A DNA stretch of 64,000 nt from Candidatus Multivorans sp. (GTDB taxonomy: Bacteria; Acidobacteriota; Thermoanaerobaculia; Multivoradales; Multivoraceae), in NCBI GenBank assembly GCA_965224025.1, contig OZ245033.1:4704001-4768000 (forward strand). Direction: 5' to 3'. The notes under the pieces were generated by a model. That model made no database searches. It saw nothing but the letters and a program-made list of their open reading frames with translations, and was not told the origin of the DNA. A program made the translations under genes and the position numbers. Shown piece by piece: positions 60,747 to 64,000 of the stretch (position 1 is the first letter of the stretch; every line of letters begins with the position of its first letter).

Positions 60747-61138
60747 GTTCCGTACTGCTCGACACTCACGCGTGGATTTGGAGTCTCATGGAACCAGGGC
60801 GTCTCACCGGCGCCGCGAAGGCTGCGGTGCTCGATGCCGACGTGGTCTATGCCAGCCCGATCAGTGTCTACGAGGTGACGAGAAAGGTGCGACTGGGCAA
60901 GTGGCCGGACATGGCGCCGCATGTGGACGCCCTGGTGACCGAGACCGAAACGCTATCCGCTCCCTTCACTCGGGCCATTGCAGCTCGTGCCGGCATGCTC
61001 GGCTGGGTGCATCGCGACCCGTTCGATCGTCTCATTGCCGCTTCCTCGATCGAGCTGCGTTGCCCGCTGATCTCCAAGGACGCCGCGTTCGATGCGCTCG
61101 AAGGGACGCCGGGCTGGCAGGGACGGATCTGGTCTTAG
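60743..61138 (+). CDS. vapC: VapC PIN toxin
   Basis: LLDTHAWIW, S..E, HRDPFDRLI, LISKD; start inferred at the CTGA overlap. Confidence 0.88.
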   Translation: MSSVLLDTHAWIWSLMEPGRLTGAAKAAVLDADVVYASPISVYEVTRKVRLGKWPDMAPHVDALVTETETLSAPFTRAIAARAGMLGWVHRDPFDRLIAASSIELRCPLISKDAAFDALEGTPGWQGRIWS

Positions 61139-61253
61139 CCGCCCCTCCCCCGCACTGCGGGACAAGAGGGGCGGCCACCGAGTCTCATCATGACCCTCCC
61201 TGAACGCTCACTGCGCTCCCGCCGCCGCCGTGGCGGCGCCGGCTCCGGCTGCT

Positions 61254-61346
61254 GAGCGTGCGGGCTACACGAAAACCGTTGTTGTTGTTGCGGTTGTCGG
61301 TGGTGTTCCTGTTGCGGTTCGCGGAGCGGAGGTTCCTCGGTTTGTT
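61254..61346 (-). ncRNA. DGR template repeat (FGE-sulfatase/CLec type), 5'-truncated, orphan
   Basis: 31 codons, 10 of them AAC: NKPRNLRSANRNRNTTDNRNNNNGFRVARTL; non-genic; followed by GC-rich hairpins at 61138-61253. Confidence 0.8.
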
Positions 61347-61349
61347 GAC

Positions 61350-62546
61350 ATGCCAACGGTGACTGAAGCAGGAGCGCCGGCCCACGGCCACCTGCTCCGC
61401 AACATCGTGCTCTTCGGACGCCTGCTGCGGGTGGGCAGCCTGGACGTGACGCCGACCCAGCTCCGGGACTGGGTGGCGGCGCTCGAACTCGTCGACGTTG
61501 CCCGCAAGCGCGACGTGAAGGCGGCGGCCCGGGCCGTCCTGGTCAGCCGGCGCCGCGATCTGCCGTGGTTCGACAAGGCCTTCGAGCTCTTCTGGCAGGC
61601 ACGCGACCCGCGGGAGCTCGAACAGCTCGAACTGGGCCTCCTGGTCCAACGCCACACGGAGCGGACGAAGCGCGCGGCGATCCAGAAGCTGGCGCGTGGC
61701 GACAACGAAGGCGACGGCGACGGCGACGGCTTAATGGAGACCGACCGCACCGCGCGCACGGCCCTCTACAGCGCTCGCGAGGCGTTGCGGCAGAAGGACT
61801 TCGCCCTGCTCGAAGGCGACGAGCTCGACGAGATCAGGCAGTTGATGGCGTCCATGCACTGGCAGCTCGAGACGCGCCGCACGCGCCGGCTCAAGCCGAG
61901 CTCCGGGGGCCACCGCCTCGACCTGCGCCGCACGCTCCGGCGCAACCTGGGCCACGGCGGCGAGTTGATCGACCTCGTCGGCCGCGACCGCAAACACCGG
62001 CGGCGGCCCCTGGTGCTGCTCTGCGACATCTCCGGCTCCATGAAGCCCTACTCGCGGCTGCTGCTCCACTTCATCTACGCCGTCTCCCACCCCAGGTCCG
62101 CCGACCCTGGCATCTCCAGGGTGGAAGCCTTCGCCTTCGGCACCCGCCTCACCCGCCTCACGCGCGAACTCGCCGAACGCGACCTCGACCGGGCGCTCCA
62201 GGCCTCCGTCCACCGGATCGAAGACTGGGGCGGCGGCACCCGCACCGGCGAGGCCCTGCGCGAGTTCAACTTCGTCTGGGGCCGGCGCCTCCTCGGCCAG
62301 GGCGCCGCCGTCCTCATCATCAGCGACGGCTGGGACCGCGGCGACATCGCCCTCCTCGGCAAGGAAATGGAACGCCTCCACCGAAGCTGCCACCGCCTCA
62401 TCTGGCTCAATCCGCTTCTGGGCTCCCCCCGCTACGAGCCCCTGACCCGCGGTATTGTGGCCGCCCTCCCCCACATCGACGACTTCCTCCCCGTCCACAA
62501 CCTGGCGAGCCTGGAGCAGCTCGGCGACCTGCTGGCGTCGCTGTAG
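61350..62546 (+). CDS. VWA-domain CoxE-like protein
   Basis: N...FGR.LR, YS..E.LR.KDF, LCDISGSM..YSR, FGTRLT, SDGWDRG, WLNPL. Confidence 0.9.
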   Translation: MPTVTEAGAPAHGHLLRNIVLFGRLLRVGSLDVTPTQLRDWVAALELVDVARKRDVKAAARAVLVSRRRDLPWFDKAFELFWQARDPRELEQLELGLLVQRHTERTKRAAIQKLARGDNEGDGDGDGLMETDRTARTALYSAREALRQKDFALLEGDELDEIRQLMASMHWQLETRRTRRLKPSSGGHRLDLRRTLRRNLGHGGELIDLVGRDRKHRRRPLVLLCDISGSMKPYSRLLLHFIYAVSHPRSADPGISRVEAFAFGTRLTRLTRELAERDLDRALQASVHRIEDWGGGTRTGEALREFNFVWGRRLLGQGAAVLIISDGWDRGDIALLGKEMERLHRSCHRLIWLNPLLGSPRYEPLTRGIVAALPHIDDFLPVHNLASLEQLGDLLASL

Positions 62547-63157
62547 CGCGGCGATGTCGGTGGCGCCCGCCGGCTGGTCGGCGGCATGAGGGGGTCAACC
62601 CCAGGTGCCGTGCCATCCGTGCGCCCGCTGACGGGCGCGCGGACTGGTTCACGGGTGGCGCGCATCGCGCCACCCGGGTTCGCGCCTGGTCGGAGGGCGG
62701 GGGGTTGCGCGCACTCCACTCCGCTCGCTCCGGTTGGGCATCGTTTGCCCTCGCGTCGTTGCGCGTCGCTCGCTTCGAGTCCGCTGGGACCCTCCCCACG
62801 GCCCCCGGACTGCGCCGCCGCAGCCTCTCGCCGACGCCCTCCAGGCCGCGTCGAGCCCGACTGCTCCGGCTCGCCTTCGGGGAACAGGAAGATCGTGCTG
62901 CTGACCGCGTAGCTGCCCGACGCGAAGCTGCCCGGGTCCCAGAAAAAAACGCCAGGACCGGCGAAGACATGCCAACCGGGCCGCATGACGACGAACCGCC
63001 TCTCCCGGGTGCCGTCCGAGTCGTTGAAGTGGACCTTCCAGTATGCGGGGCGCTCCAGGTTGTGCCCCGACTGGGCCGATATCGGCGAGGCCGTGGCGAA
63101 GACAACGGCAGCCACCGCGGCTACACACCACACCCTTTGAAGATGACGCATCGACAC
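62432..63157 (-). pseudogene. Secreted hypothetical protein, probably truncated near 62850 and reading on into repeat DNA
   Basis: Signal peptide and MRPGWHV..GP...WDP...SG.Y.V....FLFP, then low-complexity repeat-derived sequence. Confidence 0.5.
62612..62681. repeat. Twin-hairpin repeat, copy 2
   Basis: Near-identical to 55445-55515, with a compensatory stem change. Confidence 0.8.
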
Positions 63158-63172
63158 CCCTTCTGCTCCTGG

Positions 63173-64000
63173 TCAGGGCTCATAGATCAACCGCAACTCA
63201 GCCGCGATGTTCGCCCCGTCGTCGGCAAACAGCTCCTCGCGCGCAAACCAGCCCGGCTTCATGGCGCCGGGTGAGAACAATTTCTCGGCCTGATCCCGGT
63301 AGTGGGGCGAGTCGGAGCGATCGCTCTGGCCGATCGGGGGCTGGGTGTAGCTCCGGATCGGGTTGCTCCGGATGACGACTTCGGTCGAGGTCTGGCCGCG
63401 GTTGCCCCAACGTCTACCGTCGGCGCGCGGCTGACTGAACCCCACGGAACGGAGCGTTGCCATGCCGGCCTCGCCGAGCGAGCCGCCGCCGACCGGCCAG
63501 GAGACCACGTCCGCCGAGTCCTGGCGGCCGACCCGGAACACGTCGCCGAAGGTTGCCTCGAAGCCCCCCGGGCCTGAGTGCAACGCCTCGGCCGCGGCAT
63601 CGACCGCCTCGACCAGCTCCGGCAGTTCGTCGTCGCGCAGTCCAAGCGGCTCGGGCGCCTCGCGGATGAGCTCCAGGTAGTCGTTGACGCGCGCGGTCAT
63701 GTCGTTCATCCGTTCGGCGCCTACGAGGCCGCGCAGTGCTTCACGCCACCGGAAGTAGGCGAGCGCGCCTTGCGAGTCCGGCTCGGAGACGCCGTTCCAC
63801 TCCCCGATGCGACGCGCTACCTCGGCATGGTCCGCTGAACGCTGCCCCGAGACGGCGGCTTCCGCCCGCCGCAACTCCTCCACCCAGCACTCGAACTTGT
63901 AGACCGAGCGGTCGAGCGCGAGTTCCACGATCTCCTCTTCGCTCCACTTGCCCCCGGCTTCCCGCGTCGCCTCCAGGCGGGCGATCGCGCTCGCGCCACG
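63173..64000 (-). CDS. Penicillin acylase (Ntn hydrolase) family protein, C-terminal part
   Basis: WNG......GAL.Y..W, FGDVFRVGR, GQS....SPHY.DQA..LF; 5' end beyond window. Confidence 0.8.
   Translation of the reverse strand, partial: RGASAIARLEATREAGGKWSEEEIVELALDRSVYKFECWVEELRRAEAAVSGQRSADHAEVARRIGEWNGVSEPDSQGALAYFRWREALRGLVGAERMNDMTARVNDYLELIREAPEPLGLRDDELPELVEAVDAAAEALHSGPGGFEATFGDVFRVGRQDSADVVSWPVGGGSLGEAGMATLRSVGFSQPRADGRRWGNRGQTSTEVVIRSNPIRSYTQPPIGQSDRSDSPHYRDQAEKLFSPGAMKPGWFAREELFADDGANIAAELRLIYEP

Noticed and set aside
61345-61350. TTGACA as a -35 promoter box created by the TR junction
   Set aside because: It overlaps the coxE start codon and has no suitably spaced -10.
59493-62546. 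CO dehydrogenase gene cluster
   Set aside because: Only CoxD/CoxE-like chaperones are present; no coxLMS structural genes are in the window.

Overview
High-GC bacterial DNA. Several isolated frameshifts suggest a long-read MAG, but taxonomy cannot be fixed from the sequence. The flanks are housekeeping or metabolic: SDR, thiolase, enoyl-CoA hydratase, a DUF547/GT-C/MMPL cluster, LLM oxidoreductase and ThuA on the left; double sulfatase, an ABC exporter pair, Na+/solute symporter, MoxR/CoxD-VWA/CoxE and a penicillin-acylase-like gene on the right. Between them (about 11-50 kb) lies a defence- and mobile-element-rich island. It contains three different ABC-ATPase + nuclease-like pairs (DUF4276, PIN, DUF4435/PARIS), a Type IIG R-M enzyme, a DUF222-HNH gene, a Fic gene, arsS, imuAB without dnaE2, broken TA modules and nested IS3/IS1182/IS110 elements. 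The strongest leads are: (1) a complete three-gene bacterial ubiquitination-like operon (tandem Ubl, Cys-less E2-like, JAB-E1 fusion); (2) a ~2030-aa DUF1998 helicase-nuclease ending in an apparently intact LexA-type S24 autopeptidase; (3) an orphan AAC-rich DGR template repeat with no RT, inserted with a TA pair between coxD and coxE; (4) an IS110 with a structured non-coding end (bridge-RNA candidate); (5) hairpin repeat families, one carried in a MITE and several embedded in reading frames. All family assignments are by motif recognition only; no database searches were run.
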